Assembly: GCA_963763075.1 (NCBI GenBank)
Contig: CAVXNF010000005.1
Coordinates: forward strand, 210,984-274,983
Length of the DNA: 64,000 nt
Reading direction: 5' to 3'
Source: an uncultured Chloroflexia bacterium
Lineage (GTDB): Bacteria > Chloroflexota > Limnocylindria > Limnocylindrales > CSP1-4
Below, piece after piece: positions 11,961-24,301 of the stretch. The notes beneath the pieces were generated by a model. That model was not told the DNA's origin. It ran no database searches and saw nothing but the letters and a program-made list of their open reading frames with translations. Position numbers and translations under genes: made by a program. Each line of letters begins with the position of its first letter. The first letter of the stretch is position 1.

Positions 11961-13036
11961 TCAGGCGGTGACGGACGCGACGTCCGCCGCGTGGTCGGCG
12001 GGGATCGGCGGCGCGACCTCGGTCGTGCGGTCGGCGTCGGCCGCCGGCTGCCAGTGCGGCGCGGTCGCCGGCGGCGCGTAGCCCTCGACGCGCGAGATGA
12101 GGCGCCGGATGCGCAGCCCCTCGAGCGGCCCGAGCGCGTACAGCGGCATCGGCTGGAGCCAGACGGCCGACCCGAGGCTCACGGCGTCGGCGCCCGCCCA
12201 CATGTACTCGCGGCAGTCGTCGAAGTCGCGGATCCCGCCGTTCGCGATGATCGGCAGCCGGATCCCGGCGTCGCGCAGCTCGGCGACGACCCGCAGCCCG
12301 ATCGGCTTGATCGCCCGCCCGGAGACCGCGCCGTAGCGGTTCTTGAGGTACGGCTCGCCGGTCTCGGGGTCGAGCCGCAGGCCCTTCACGGTGTTGATCG
12401 CGGTGATCCCCGCGCAGCCGTAGGTCTCGGCGAGGCGCGCCTGCCAGCGGTAGTCCTCGTCCGGGCTGACCTTGAGGATGACCGGGTGGCGGCTCTTCGG
12501 GACGGCCCGGCGGAGGCTGTCCTCGAGGATCGTCTCGAACGGGAAGTTGACGTTGTGGCAGCTCGCGTTGAGCTCGATCGCGGCGATCTCGCCCGGCTTC
12601 GCGCGTTCGTTGACCGTCTCGAACAGCTGCTCGATCTCGTCCGCGCTGAAGCCGCCGACGCTGACGATCCGGTTGAGCCCGGCCGTCCGCCCGAAGTACT
12701 CGTCGAAGTAGCGGCCGATCCCGATGTTCGACCAGCCGAAGGCGTTGAGCCAGCCCGCGTCGACCCGATGGAGCGCCTTGCCGTACAGCCGCGAGCATCT
12801 CGGGGAACTCGCGGAGCGACCAGTCCTCCTTGAGCGTGAAGTGGCCGGGCCGCGGCTCGAGGGTCAGGGTCCGGGTCGTGACCGCGCCGAAGCGCTCGAG
12901 CGGCACCCACTGGGCGATCGGGGAGAGGCCGTACAGGATCAGCCGCCGCTTCGACGCGCCATAGCCGAGCAGGCTGGCCGACGTCAGCAGCCGGTTGCGC
13001 AGCCGGATCCCGTTGAGGTCGATCGTCACGGCGCCA
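11961..13036 (-). CDS. Dihydroorotate-dehydrogenase-like flavoenzyme (DHOD/dihydropyrimidine dehydrogenase family), about 2 frameshifts
   Basis: VTIDLNGIRLRNRLLTSAS...; ...LPIIANGGIRDFDDCREYMWAGADAVSLGSAVW (FMN-binding TIM barrel C-terminus). Confidence 0.65.
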
Positions 13037-13064
13037 GTATGCCGCGCCGCGTCGGCGCGCACGG

Positions 13065-14040
13065 TCACGCCTCGGGCGCGAGCGGGCCCTGCAGGCCGAC
13101 GGAATCGGGGATCGGCCGATAGCCCAGCCGGGCGTTCACCGCGCGCATCGGGGCGTTGTGCTCGTCGTTGCCGGTCTCGAGCGCCGCGAGCCCGTTGTCG
13201 ATCGCCCAGGCGATCGTCGCGCGCTTGATCGCCGTCGCGATGCCGCGCCCGCGCCACGCCGGCCGGACCGCGGTCATGTCGTGCAGCGCGGTCGTGTCGC
13301 TGCCCGCCTGCAGGATCAGGTTGCCGTAGCCCGCCACGTCGCCCGTTGCGTCGTCCACGGCGATGACGAAGCCATCACGCGGCAGGTCGGGCCGGTCCAC
13401 GTCGCGGGCGACGAACTCGTCGAACGTGCCGGCGTACAGCGGCTCGCCGCCGGTCGGAACATCCGGAAACGCCTCGACGGCGGCGCGGTGGACGGCCGGC
13501 AGGAGGTCGGGTCGCGCGGCGAGCGTCGTGAGCGAGATGCCGGCGGGTGGATCGGCCGGCGGTGCCGCGACGCCGGCGAGGTCCAGGCGGACGGCCTTCG
13601 TCCGCTCGACCTCCACGAATCCGCGCGCGGCGAGGAAGCGGATCCCCTCGACGTGGGCCTCGGACAGCTCGGTCTGGAACCCGGTCTTGCCCGCGACCCG
13701 GGCGGCGTCGCTGCAGGCCCGGAACAGCGCCGTGCCGACGCCCCGCCGCCGCGCCTCGGGCATGACCCACAGGCCGAGCCACCACCGCTCGTAGTCGGGC
13801 CCGTGCATCCAGATCCGACCGGCGCTCGCGGCGCCGACGGCGGTCCCGGCGGCATCGGTCGCGAGGAACGTCGTCCCCTGGCCGGGGTAGGTCGCCTCCG
13901 CCCAGCGCGCGTTCGCCGCCGAGTCCGGGCTGTCGGGCGTCGTGGCGTTGCGGATCGCGACGTACGCCTCGATCCCCGACTCGTCTCCTGGGTCGATGGC
14001 GGCGATGTCGATCGCCAGCGGGCGGGGGTCCTCCGTCACG
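13065..14040 (-). CDS. Tandem-GNAT N-acetyltransferase (two GNAT domains; MshD-like architecture), intact
   Basis: Two acetyl-CoA-binding motifs: WVMPEARRRGVGTALFRA and VRPAWRGRGIATAIKRATIAWA; the GTG start overlaps the LLM stop (GTGA). Confidence 0.7.
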
Positions 14041-14940
14041 CGGCCGCGTCGCGGAGCGGCGGGAGCAGGTCCCGATGCACGGCGTCGAGCCCTGCCGGTC
14101 CGAGCGCGGCCGGCATCCCCAGCACGATCTCCGCTCGCGCCCGCGGCGATGATCCGCCGGGCCTGCTCGAGCGCGCGTGCCCGGCCGGCCGCGTCCCGCC
14201 CCGTGACGACCTGGCCGACGAGCTCGAACGTCGCGGGGTCCCGGCCCGCGTCCTCGAGCGCGCGGACGATCAGGTCGCGCTTGGCCGCGAAGTACGCATC
14301 GTCGCCCGCCTCGGTGCCGGGGAGCAGCCATCCCTGCGCCGCGCGCGCCGCGAGGCGGATCCCGCGCGGACCCTGCCCGCCGAGGTACAGCGGCGGGCCG
14401 CCCGGGGTGAGCGGCACGGGCAGGTTGGTCGCGCCGCTGAGCGGGTAGAAGGGGTCGTCACGGGTGACGCCGGGTGCGCCGGCGGCGTCCGGGCCGAACA
14501 GGGCAGCGATCGTGTCCACGGCCGATTCGAGGCGCGAGATCCGCTCGCCGATCTGCGGCAGGTCGATGCCGAACGGGCCGTGCTCGTTCTCGAACCAGCC
14601 CGGCGCCGAGTCCGAGCACGAACCGGCCACCGGTCACGTGGTCCATGACCGTCGCGGCCTTCGCGACGAGCACCGGGTGGCGGAACGTGTTCGAGAGCAC
14701 CGCGTGCCCGATCCGGAGGCCCGGGACGTGATGGGCCAGCGCGGCGAGCACGGTCACCGCCTCGAGCGAGGGCCCCGGGACGGACGGATCCATGTCGAGC
14801 AGGTGGTCGTTCATCCACGCGCCGTCGAACGCGGACGGGCCGCCGTCCGCGGACAGCTCCCCGGCGCGCCGCCACGTGGCGTCGAGCGTCGGCCAGTCGA
14901 CGCCCTGGGGCGAGGTCTTGAACGAGATCCGCAGGGTCAT
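14038..14940 (-). CDS. LLM-class (luciferase-like) F420-type oxidoreductase, one frameshift near 14085
   Basis: MTLRISFKTSPQGVDW...LRIGHAVLSNTFRHPVLVAKAATVMDHVTGGRFVLGLGAGWFENEHGPFG...; the corrected C-terminus ...AEIVLGMPAALGPAGLDAVHRDLLPPLRDAAA is typical of this family. Confidence 0.7.
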
Positions 14941-14953
14941 CGGCCTGACGTGC

Positions 14954-16717
14954 TCAGGCGCCGGTGCCGTCGGTGCGGCTCGCGAGGGTCCGACGCAGCT
15001 GGGCGCCGTTGGTGATCGCGCCCTCGGACGCGGACGACACGAGCGCCGCGTACTTCGCGAGCACGCCGGTCCGGTAGCGCGGCTCGGGCGGGGACCAGCG
15101 GGCGCGCCGCTCGGCGAGGACGGCCTCGTCGACCTCGAGGTTGAGCTCGTGGGCATCGGCATCGACGACGATCGAGTCGCCCTCCTCGATCAGCGCGATC
15201 GGCCCGCCGAGCGCGGCCTCGGGCGCGACGTGCCCGATCATCAGCCCGTGGGTGCCGCCCGAGAAGCGGCCGTCGGTGAGCAGCGCGACGCTCTCGCCCA
15301 GGCCCTCGCCGACGAGCGCGCCCGTGACGCTCAGCATCTCCTGCATGCCCGGTCCGCCGATCGGCCCCTCGTAGCGGATGACGACGACGTCGCCCGCGAC
15401 GATCTGGCGGTTCTTCACCGCCTCGAAGCAGGCCTGCTCGCTGTCGTACACCCGGGCCGGCCCGCGGTGGAACCGCCGCTCGTGGCCCGCGAGCTTCACG
15501 ACCGAACCCTCCGGCGCGAGCGAGCCGTGGAGGATCGTCAGCCCGCCGACCGGCTTGATCGGCGTCTCGATCGGGTGCACGACCTGCTGGCCCTCGGCCT
15601 CGACCGTGTCGGCCGCGATCTGCGCGATCGTCCGCCCGTCGACCGTCGTCTGCTCGCCGTGGAGCTTGTCCGCCTTGAGCAGCTCGCGCATGACGAGGCC
15701 AACGCCGCCGGCGTCGTACATGTCCGACGCGGAGTAGCGGCCGCCCGGGCGCATGTCGGCGATGAGCGGCGTCCGGTCCGCGGTCTCGCCGAACTCGTCG
15801 ATCGAGAGCGGGATGCCGAACTCGTGCGCGATCGCCGGCAGGTGGAGCACCGCGTTGGTCGAGCCGCCGGTCGCGGCGACGGACGCGATCGCGTTGTCGA
15901 ACGACTGGCGGGTCACGATCGAGCTCGGGCGGATGTCGTGGCGGACGAGGTGCATCACCAGCTCGCCGGCCTGGCGGGCGGCCTCGTCCTTGCGCCCGTC
16001 CTCGGCGGGGATCGCGTTGAGCCCCGCCGGGCTGAGGCCCAGGAACTCGAGCACGGTCGCCATCGTGTTGGCCGTGAACTGGCCGCCACACGCGCCGGCG
16101 CCGGGGCAGGCGCCGTTCTCCGCCTCGTACAGCTCGTCGAGCGTGATCTTCCCCGCCCGGTACGCGCCGATCGCCTCGTACACGGTGACGACGTCAGCCG
16201 GCTTGCCCTTGTACGTGCCCGGGTAGATCGTGCCGTTGTAGAGGACGAGCCCCGGGATGTCGAGGCGGCCGAGCGCCATCGCGCCGGCCGGGATCGTCTT
16301 GTCGCAGCCGACGAGGCACACGATCCCGTCGAACAGGTGGCCGCGCGCGACGAGCTCGATCGAGTCGGCGATGACCTCGCGCGACACGAGCGACGCCTTC
16401 ATGCCCTCGGTGCCCATCGACACGCCGTCGCTCACCGCGATCGTGTTGAACTCCATCGGCGTCCCGCCCGCCGCGCGGATCCCGTCCTTCACGAACGTCG
16501 CCAGCCGCCGCTGGTTGATGTTGCAGGGCATCGTCTCGATCCATGTCGTCGCGACGCCGATGATCGGCTGGCTGAGGTCGTCGTCCGTGAACCCGATCGC
16601 CTTGAGCATCGCCCTGGCCCCGGCGCGGTCCGGGCCATCGGTGAGCGCGTGGCTGTGGCGCTTGGCCGGGTCGCTCGGGCGGTGGTAGGGGAGCGTGTGC
16701 TCGTCGGTGGCGGTCAC
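14954..16717 (-). CDS. ilvD: Dihydroxy-acid dehydratase
   Basis: Full-length IlvD/EDD family: [45 protein letters not shown]; GTG start preceded by a GAAGGAA SD; intact. Confidence 0.9.
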   Translation of the reverse strand: MTATDEHTLPYHRPSDPAKRHSHALTDGPDRAGARAMLKAIGFTDDDLSQPIIGVATTWIETMPCNINQRRLATFVKDGIRAAGGTPMEFNTIAVSDGVSMGTEGMKASLVSREVIADSIELVARGHLFDGIVCLVGCDKTIPAGAMALGRLDIPGLVLYNGTIYPGTYKGKPADVVTVYEAIGAYRAGKITLDELYEAENGACPGAGACGGQFTANTMATVLEFLGLSPAGLNAIPAEDGRKDEAARQAGELVMHLVRHDIRPSSIVTRQSFDNAIASVAATGGSTNAVLHLPAIAHEFGIPLSIDEFGETADRTPLIADMRPGGRYSASDMYDAGGVGLVMRELLKADKLHGEQTTVDGRTIAQIAADTVEAEGQQVVHPIETPIKPVGGLTILHGSLAPEGSVVKLAGHERRFHRGPARVYDSEQACFEAVKNRQIVAGDVVVIRYEGPIGGPGMQEMLSVTGALVGEGLGESVALLTDGRFSGGTHGLMIGHVAPEAALGGPIALIEEGDSIVVDADAHELNLEVDEAVLAERRARWSPPEPRYRTGVLAKYAALVSSASEGAITNGAQLRRTLASRTDGTGA

Positions 16718-16811
16718 TGCGGGTTCCTTCCGGTGGGCGGCGTGACAGGCGGCGTCGGTCGTCGGTGGCAGGTGGGTTCGAGGCTGGGTCGGGGTCCAGT
16801 ATCGCGCGGAC

Positions 16812-18524
16812 TCAGGCCCCGGCGTCGGTGGTCCCGAGCCGGGCATCGACGACATCGCTCGCCACCCGCCAGCTGCCCTCGTGCCCGGTGACCGCGTCGA
16901 CGAACGTGTGGCAGTCGACCTGGAACCCCTCGACCGGCTCGAGCGCGGTGACCGTCGCCGTCCGCGGCACGCGGCGCAGGAGCGCGATCTCGCCCACCCC
17001 GTCGCCCGGGCCCTGCTCGTGGCTGGGCTGGCCGTCGATCGTCACCAGCACGCGGCCGGACTCGACCATCACGTACGTGTCGCCCTCCTCGCCCTGGGTC
17101 ATGATCGGCTGGCCGGCGGCGTAGTGGACCGGCTCCATCCCGTCGGCGATCCGCTCCAGCGCGGCGAGCGGCAGCGGCGCGAACAGCGGGATCCCGCGCA
17201 GCAGCCGCGCCTCGCGCTCGGGGAGGACGCCCTCGTCGTCGAGGCGGCGGATCCACGGCCAGCCGAGGACCGCGGTGATCGGCAGCGCGATGCCCGTGAT
17301 GACGAGCGCCCGCTCCACGCCGATCGTCGTGACCAGCGCCGACCCGATCAGCGCCCCGATCGAGATCCCGATGCTGGCCATGACCTCGAGCACCGCGAAC
17401 ACGGCGCCGCGGGACGGGCTCGACACGCCGCGCTGGAGCAGCGTGATCCCCGAGACGTCGAGGAGCGCGTTGCCGAGGCCGGTGACCCCAAGCGCGATCA
17501 GCGCGAGCGCCGGGCTGGGCGCGACGCCGATGAGCACGAACGGTGCGCCCCAGGCGACGAGCGCGGCCGCGAACATGCCCGCGAGCCGGCCGCCGGTGCC
17601 CATCGCGACCGCGAACACCGCGCCGACGATCCCGCCCGCCCCGATGGCGGCGCCGAGGATGCCGACGCCCGCGTCGCCCATGCCCAGGACCTCGATCGCG
17701 AGGATCGCGATGAACGTGGTGAGCGCGCCGCGGACGGTGACCTGGACGCCGAACGAGAGCATCAGGACGGCGGCCGGGCGGCGCCGGAGCAGCTCGCGGA
17801 TGCCGGCCAGGAGCGGCAGGCCGTGGCTGCGGTTCGCCGGCGCCGGACGCGCCGCGGCGGCGACCGTGACCCGGACGACGAGCGCGGCCGCGATGACGCC
17901 GCCTGCCGCGGCGATCGCGGCGGCCGGCGCCGGGCCGGACGAGGCGACCACGAGGCCGGTGATCAGCGGCCCGGCGAACGTGCCCAGGCTCTCGCCGAGC
18001 GCGCCGGCCGTGTTCGCGGCGACCAGGTCCTCGGGCCGGGTGGCGACCGACGGCAGGAGCGCGAGGGTCGTGGGCCGGACGAGGGCGCCGGCAGCCGAGG
18101 CGCCCGCGACGGCGAGGTACACGACGATCGGCTGGTCCACGACGATCGCCGCGGCGACGACCGCGGCCCCGGCGGCCCGCAGGAGGTTGACCGCCACCAG
18201 CACGCGCTCCGGGCGTGGCGCCCGGGTCGCATCGACGAGGATGTTGACCACCATCGCCGGCAGCATCCGGAACAGCGACACGAGGCCGACGGCGACGGCC
18301 CCGCCGGCGTCGTACGCGACGACGAGCGCCACGACGAGGATCGCCCAGTCCACGCCGACGCCCACCGTCCACGACAGCTCCAGCGCGCGGATGTCGGGGT
18401 TGCGCAGGACGCGCGACAGCGACCGGACGGCGATCGCGATGCGCGAGGGCTGGGCGGTCGCGGGCGGGTCGTCGGGCTCGGTCGTCGACGGGGCGGGAGC
18501 AGGCGGGACGGGATCGTTCCCCAC
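16812..18524 (-). CDS. MFS transporter fused to a C-terminal cyclic-nucleotide-binding (cNMP/CAP-effector) domain
   Basis: About 12 TM segments, then [51 protein letters not shown]...GEIALL (cNMP-binding beta-roll signature). Start assignment (GTG about 18524) is uncertain. Confidence 0.7.
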   Translation of the reverse strand: MGNDPVPPAPAPSTTEPDDPPATAQPSRIAIAVRSLSRVLRNPDIRALELSWTVGVGVDWAILVVALVVAYDAGGAVAVGLVSLFRMLPAMVVNILVDATRAPRPERVLVAVNLLRAAGAAVVAAAIVVDQPIVVYLAVAGASAAGALVRPTTLALLPSVATRPEDLVAANTAGALGESLGTFAGPLITGLVVASSGPAPAAAIAAAGGVIAAALVVRVTVAAAARPAPANRSHGLPLLAGIRELLRRRPAAVLMLSFGVQVTVRGALTTFIAILAIEVLGMGDAGVGILGAAIGAGGIVGAVFAVAMGTGGRLAGMFAAALVAWGAPFVLIGVAPSPALALIALGVTGLGNALLDVSGITLLQRGVSSPSRGAVFAVLEVMASIGISIGALIGSALVTTIGVERALVITGIALPITAVLGWPWIRRLDDEGVLPEREARLLRGIPLFAPLPLAALERIADGMEPVHYAAGQPIMTQGEEGDTYVMVESGRVLVTIDGQPSHEQGPGDGVGEIALLRRVPRTATVTALEPVEGFQVDCHTFVDAVTGHEGSWRVASDVVDARLGTTDAGA

Positions 18525-18600
18525 GAGGGCAACGCTACCGAGTCGCCGGTCGGGTTTGCCAGCGTTCGGCGCGCGCCGCGACTCGCCGCGTGCGGCGCGG

Positions 18601-20370
18601 TCAGCTCGCGGCCGCGATCCGCTCGTCGACGGCCAGCGGACCCGTCTGTGCGACCGCGTCGTCGGCCCACGCGTACACGACCTCGGCGAGCGTCGGCAGC
18701 GGCAGCGCCCCGTCGGACAGGATCGCGTCATGGAAGCCGCGGATGTCGAACGCGGCGCCCATCCGGCGCTGCGCCTCCTCGCGGATCCGGAGCAGCTCCA
18801 GCTGGCCGGTCTTGTAGGCGAGGGCCTGGCCGGGCAGCGCGATGTAGCGGTCGACCTCGTCGGCGACCGACGCGCGGCGAGAGCGCGGTGTGGGCGAGCA
18901 TGTAGTCGATGGCCTGCTGGCGGGACCAGCCCATCGCGTGGATGCCGGTGTCGACGACGAGCCGCGCCGCCCGCCAGGCGTCGAACGACAGCATCCCGAG
19001 CCGGTCCAGGTCGCCGGAGTAGAGCCCCATCTCGTCCGCGAGCCGCTCCGCGTACAGGCCCCAGCCCTCGAAGTAGGCCGTCGGCCCGAGGTGGCGGCGG
19101 AAGTCCGGCAGCCCGCGGAGCTCCTGGCCGAGCGCCCCCTGGAGGTGATGGCCGGGCACGGCCTCGTGGTACGCGAGCGCCTCGGCCTCGTAGCGCGGCC
19201 GGTCCTGCGGGTTGGACGTGTTGACGACGTACTGGCCGGGCCGCGACCCGTCCTCGGCGGACGGCCGGTAGTAGGCCGCGCCGACGTGGTCCTCCTCGTG
19301 CGCCGGCATCTCGAGGATCACGCACGAGGCCAGCGGCAGGCGCCCGAACCACCGGGGCGCGACCTCCCGGGCCCGCTCGAGGCTGGCGGCCGCCTTGTCG
19401 AACACCTCGCGCCGCGAGGCGAAGAACAGGCCGGGGTCCGCGCGCAGCGCCGACAGGGCGAGGCCGAGCGACGAGACGCCGAGGGTGCGACCCGCGAGCT
19501 CGACGATCTCGCGGTCGATGCGGTCGATCTCGTCGTGCCCGGTGCGGTGCAGCTGCGCCGCGTCGACGTCGAGCGACGTGTGCATCCGGATGAGGTGGTG
19601 GTAGCCCTCGTCGCCGCCGGCCACCGCGCACATGCCGGGCTCGCCGTCGGGCCGCGCCGCCGGGAGGACCTCGAGCACGAGCGCGTCGTGGAGGCGGATG
19701 AACGCCGGCCGGATCGTCGCCTCGACCGCCCAGTGCAGCTCCCTCGTGAAGCGCGACTTCTCGCTCCTCGGACCAGCCGTCGACCTCGTCCAGCGTCGAG
19801 ATCGGGTCGAGCAGCGGCCAGCGCTCGATCGGCGCGTCGAGGACCTCCTCGAGGACCGTGATCGTGCGCCGGACCGGCGACACGCTCGCGACGCGCCCGT
19901 CGGCCAGGCTCGCGCGCAGCGTCGTCCAGCTGCTGGTCCGTGTAGCGGCCCATCGCCTGCCAGCGGGCGATCATCCGCTCGCCGTCCTCGGGCGTCTCGA
20001 GGCGCTGGTACGCGGGGATCGTCAGGAAGTCGACGGGCGCCCCCTCGAGCGGGTTGACGTTCCACTCGAGGATGCCCGTCCGGAGCTCGGCGATGTCGGC
20101 GGCGAGCGAGCCGCGGAGGGCCGACAGCGTCGTCCGGTCGGCGGGCGTCTCGCGCGCGGGATCGAGCGCGTCGGCGCGGGCGAGCAGGGCCTCGAAGCGG
20201 GCGATCGTCGCCGCCGTGCCGGCCGGCGTGTGATCGGCCAGGCGGTCGTCGAACCGCGGGTCGCCGATCGCGGTCGCGTTGAGCGGATTCGCCTCGAGAT
20301 AGGTCTCCCAGTACTCGGCCGTGAGCCCGTCAAGGGCAGCCGAGGACGTCATCCGCTCCATGCGGGCCAT
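18601..20370 (-). CDS. DUF885-family protein (putative metallopeptidase-like), at least 3 frameshifts
   Basis: N-terminus [24 protein letters not shown]...; core ...[11 protein letters not shown]...[11 protein letters not shown]...; C-terminus ...[35 protein letters not shown], found in three frames. Confidence 0.6.
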
Positions 20371-20519
20371 GCTATCGGCCGGTTGCCGGGCTGGAACCAC
20401 CCCCGGGTGTCGGGTTGGCGACACTCGTGCGCGAGCCGGTGCGCGGGCGCGACGACGCACGCCCGTGCGCGCCCGGCGACCCCGCCAGCCTGGTGTCCCA
20501 GGCCGCGCCCGATGACGGG

Positions 20520-21702
20520 TCAGCGCAGGCACTCGCCGACGTCGACGCCGCCGGTCCGGCCGATCGCGGGGCCGATGCGGACGGCGACGCTCGTCGGCGT
20601 CAGCGCGTAGCCGACCGACTCGTCCGCGCGCGACTCCGCGAACACGAGCCCGCCGATCGTCCCGTTCTCGAGCACGAGCGGCCCGCCCGAGTCGCCCGGC
20701 TCGACCTCGGCGCGCAGCTCGAGGATGTCGCGCCGCACGACGTCGTCGTCGTAGATGTCGCGGCCGTCGGCCGCGTAGCCGCCGGTCACCGCCGCCGGCA
20801 GCACGACGAGCGGGCCGCCGCCCGCGTAGCCGAGCGCCGCCCCGATCGCGCCCCGCTCCGGGTCGTTGGAGGCGAAGCGGAGCGCGGGCGCGTCGAGGCC
20901 CGGGGCGTAGAGCAGCGCGACGTCGAGGTCGGGGTCGAACAGGACGACCGTCGCGTCGGCGGTCCCGGACGGCACCTCGACCCGGATCGTCGACGACCCG
21001 GCGACGACGTGGGCGTTGGTGACGAGGTAGTCGTCCGCGACGACGGCGCCCGTCCCGTTGACGAGCGCCTCGCACGCCCTCGTGGACACGCGGGCGGTGC
21101 TCGCGGCTGCGGCACGGGCGATGGCGGTCGCGATCGGATCGCTGGGCAGGTCGACCGGGGCGAGCGGCACGGGCTCCAGGCCGACGAACACGTCGGGCAG
21201 CCCGCTCGCGTCGATGACGCCCGCGATGTCGCCCACGACCTCGGTCGGCGACGGCAGGAACGAGTCGGTCAGGCGGACCGCGGTCGAGTTGGCGGCCGCG
21301 CGGCCGAGCGTCGGAAACGCCGACGCGGCGAGCAGCCCGCCGGCGAGCCAGATGATGAGGATCGCCTGGGCGCCACCGAGCAGCGCGCCGGCGAACCGGT
21401 CGAGGCCCGAGAGGACGCCGGTCCCCAGGCCCTCCGCGATCGCGCGGCCGACCGTCGACCCGAGGCCCTCGCCGACGAGCACGCCGCCCAGCACCGCGCC
21501 GATGCACGACGAACGCGCGGACGATCGGGTCGAGGTCGTCGGTGACGTCGAGCAGCCACGGGGCGAGCTGGAACAGCAGGAGCAGGGCCGCGAGCGCGCC
21601 GAGGATGCCGCCGACCTGCGGCAGCGCGCCGGTCCGGATGCCCGCGACCACGGCGAACACGAGGATCGCGATGGCGGCCACGTCGAACAGGTTGAACGTC
21701 AC
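20520..21702 (-). CDS. CvpA-family membrane domain fused to a trypsin-like serine protease (MarP/Rv3671c-like), one frameshift near 21500
   Basis: N-terminal 4-TM CvpA-like region (MTFNLFDVAAIAILVFAVVAGI...); protease domain with TNAHVV (His), DVALL (Asp) and GDSGGPL (Ser). Confidence 0.75.
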
Positions 21703-21782
21703 CGCGGGAGTATCGAGGGGATGGCGGAAGCGCGCCGCCGGGGGTTCCGGAGCGGTCGCGGCCTCGCGGACGGCTCAGCGGC

Positions 21783-22419
21783 CTGTCAGCCCGCGAGCGC
21801 GGTCCCGATGCGGGTGTCGACGCGCGGCGGGTGCGCGGCCTCCCAGGCGGCGATCGTCGGCGTCCTTGGCCATGACGTAGCCGATCTCGTCGGTGCCGGC
21901 CATCAGCATCATCTTGCTGAACGGGTCGACGTCGAAGTCGATCGTGCTGCCGTCCGGGAGGAGGATCCCCTGCTCGGCGAGGTCGACCCGCAGCTCGGCA
22001 TCGGGATCGGCGGCGATGAGGTCGAACAGCCGCTCGTGGGTGGCCGGGTCGACGACGATCGGCAGGACGCCGTTCTTGAGCGAGTTGCTCTTGAAGATGT
22101 CCGCGAAGCTCGTCGAGAGGATCGCCTGGATGCCCCAGCTCCGGAGCGCCCACGGGGCGTGCTCGCGCGAGCTGCCGGTGCCGAAGTTGTCGCCGGCCAG
22201 GAGGATCTTGCGGCCGGGCATGCCCGGCTCGTCGAGGATGAACGGCGGGTCCTTCTTCGACCCGTCCTCCTCGAACCGCCAGTCGCGGAACAGCGCGTCC
22301 GCGAGGCCCTCCTTGTCGGTGACCTTGAGGTAGCGGGCGGGGACGATCTGGTCGGTGTCGACGTTCTCGGCGCCCCACGGGACGACCTTGCTCGTGAACG
22401 CGCGGAAGCCCTCGGCCAT
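21783..22419 (-). CDS. leuD: 3-isopropylmalate dehydratase small subunit, frameshift near 21860
   Basis: MAEGFRAFTSKVVPW...DTDQIVPARYLK...ILLAGDNFGTGSSREHAPWAL; corrected C-terminus ...IAAWEAAHPPRVDTRIGTALAG. Confidence 0.85.
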
Positions 22420-22420
22420 C

Positions 22421-23865
22421 TCAGTACCCTCCGCCGACGGTGACCAGCGACTCGACGCCGGGCAGCGTGCGCGGGTCCGTGACCCGGCCGGCGATCGCGG
22501 AGGCCGCGGCGGTCAGCGGGCTGGCGAGGAACGTCCGGCCGCCCTTGCCCTGGCGTCCCTCGAAGTTGCGGTTCGAGGTGCTGATCGCGTACTGGCCGGG
22601 GGTCAGCTGGTCGCCGTTCATCGCGATGCACATCGAGCAGCCCGACTCGCGCCACTCGGCGCCGGCCGCCCGGAAGATGTCGTCGAGCCCCTCGCGCTCG
22701 GCCTGGGCCTTCACCTGCTGGGAGCCCGGCACGATCATCAGCCGCACGCCGTCCGCGGCGTGGCGGTCCTTGAGGACGCTCGCCGCGAGGCGCAGGTCGC
22801 TGATCCGGCTGTTGGTGCAGCTGCCGATGAACACGACGTCGACCGGGTGGCCGGCGATCGGGTCGCCCGGCGTGAGCGCCATGTACTCGAACGCGCGCTC
22901 GAGGCCGCGACGGGTCTGCGCGTCGGCGGCGTCCTCGAGGCGCGGCAGGCGCGCGCTGATCGGCACGCCCATGCCCGGGTTGTTGCCCCAGGTGACCATC
23001 GGCTCGAGCTCGCTCGCGTTGAGCACGATCGACTTGTCGAACGTCGCGCCGTCATCGGTGGGCAGCGTGCGCCACGTGGCGACGGCCGCGTCCCACGTCG
23101 GCGCCCTGCGGGGCGTGGCGGCGGCCGTGGAGGTACTCGAAGGTCTGGTCGTCCGGGGCGACGAGGCCGGCCCGCGCGCCGCCCTCGATGCTCATGTTGC
23201 AGATCGTCATCCGCTGCTCCATGTTGAGCGCGCGGATGGCCTCGCCCCGGTACTCGAACACGTGCCCGGTGCCGCCGCCGATCCCGATCCGGGCGATGAG
23301 CGCGAGGATGATGTCCTTCGCGCTGACGCCGGCGGTCAGCCGCCCGTCGACCCGGACCTCGTACGTCTTCGGCTGGCGCTGGAGGAGCGTCTGGGTGGCG
23401 AGGACCATCTCGACCTCGCTCGTCCCGATCCCGAACGCGAGCGCCCCGAACGCGCCGTGCGTCGCCGTGTGGCTGTCGCCGCACACGATCGTCATGCCCG
23501 GCTGCGTGAGCCCGAGCTCCGGCCCGATGACGTGGACGATGCCCTGGGTGTCGCTGCCGAAGGCGTGGAGCGGGATGCCGAAGTCGCGGCAGTTCGTCTC
23601 GAGCTGGGCGATCTGCGTCGCCGCCTGCATGTCCATGATCGGCAGGCCGCGCGGCGTCGTCGGGGTGCCGTGATCGGCGGTCGCGACGGTCTTGTCCGTG
23701 CGCCGGACCGTGAGGCCGCGGTTCCGGAGCCCGGTGAACGCCTGCGGGCTGGTGACCTCGTGGACGAGGTGCAGGTCGACCGCGAGGACGGCCGGCGCGC
23801 CCGTCGTCCTGCGTGACGACATGGTCGTCCCAGATCTTCTCGACGAGTGTTCGCGGGTTGCTCAT
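22421..23865 (-). CDS. leuC: 3-isopropylmalate dehydratase large subunit, 2 frameshifts
   Basis: [17 protein letters not shown]...; ...[12 protein letters not shown]...GIVHVIGPE...[23 protein letters not shown]...; ...[14 protein letters not shown]...[10 protein letters not shown]. Confidence 0.85.
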
Positions 23866-24301
23866 TGCGGCTGGTGCTCTGCTGCGGCTGCGACGGATCG
23901 CCAAGGGTATCAGCGCCGCCCGACGAGTCGCGCCGTGCCGCCCGCGACGAGGATCCATCACCAGGCGCGGTCGACGACGGCCTGTCACCAGGCGTCGGGG
24001 CAGCAGCGTCGGGCCGGCGGCCGTCGATTGCGGACCCAGCACATGGACGCGCCGGGCCACGAAGCGTCGCTGACGAGGCGATGCGTAGGCGTCGGCCGGA
24101 TTGGCCGGATACGCGTCGCGAAGCGAGCCGCCGGGCATCGGCCACCGCCTCTCGGTTCGCGCGCGTCCACCGCACGAGGAGGAGCTGTGAGATCCGCGGC
24201 TCGTTGCCCGGCCGCGAGACGCTGCCAGGCGTCGGACGACGGCAGGGCGGCGGCCTTCTCGGCGTGACCAGCGGACGAGCTGCTCCAGGCGGCGCAGCGC
24301 G

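Noticed and set aside
13065-14040. Naming the tandem-GNAT gene mshD (mycothiol synthase)
   Set aside because: The architecture (two GNAT domains, about 325 aa) fits, but sequence-level identification without a search is not secure. Left without a gene symbol.
23870-24300. Possible leucine-operon leader or toxin partner gene between the leuC start and the XRE gene
   Set aside because: No Leu-codon run or terminator-like hairpin was seen on the leuC-sense strand. Small ORFs there are Arg/Pro-rich with no start signals.
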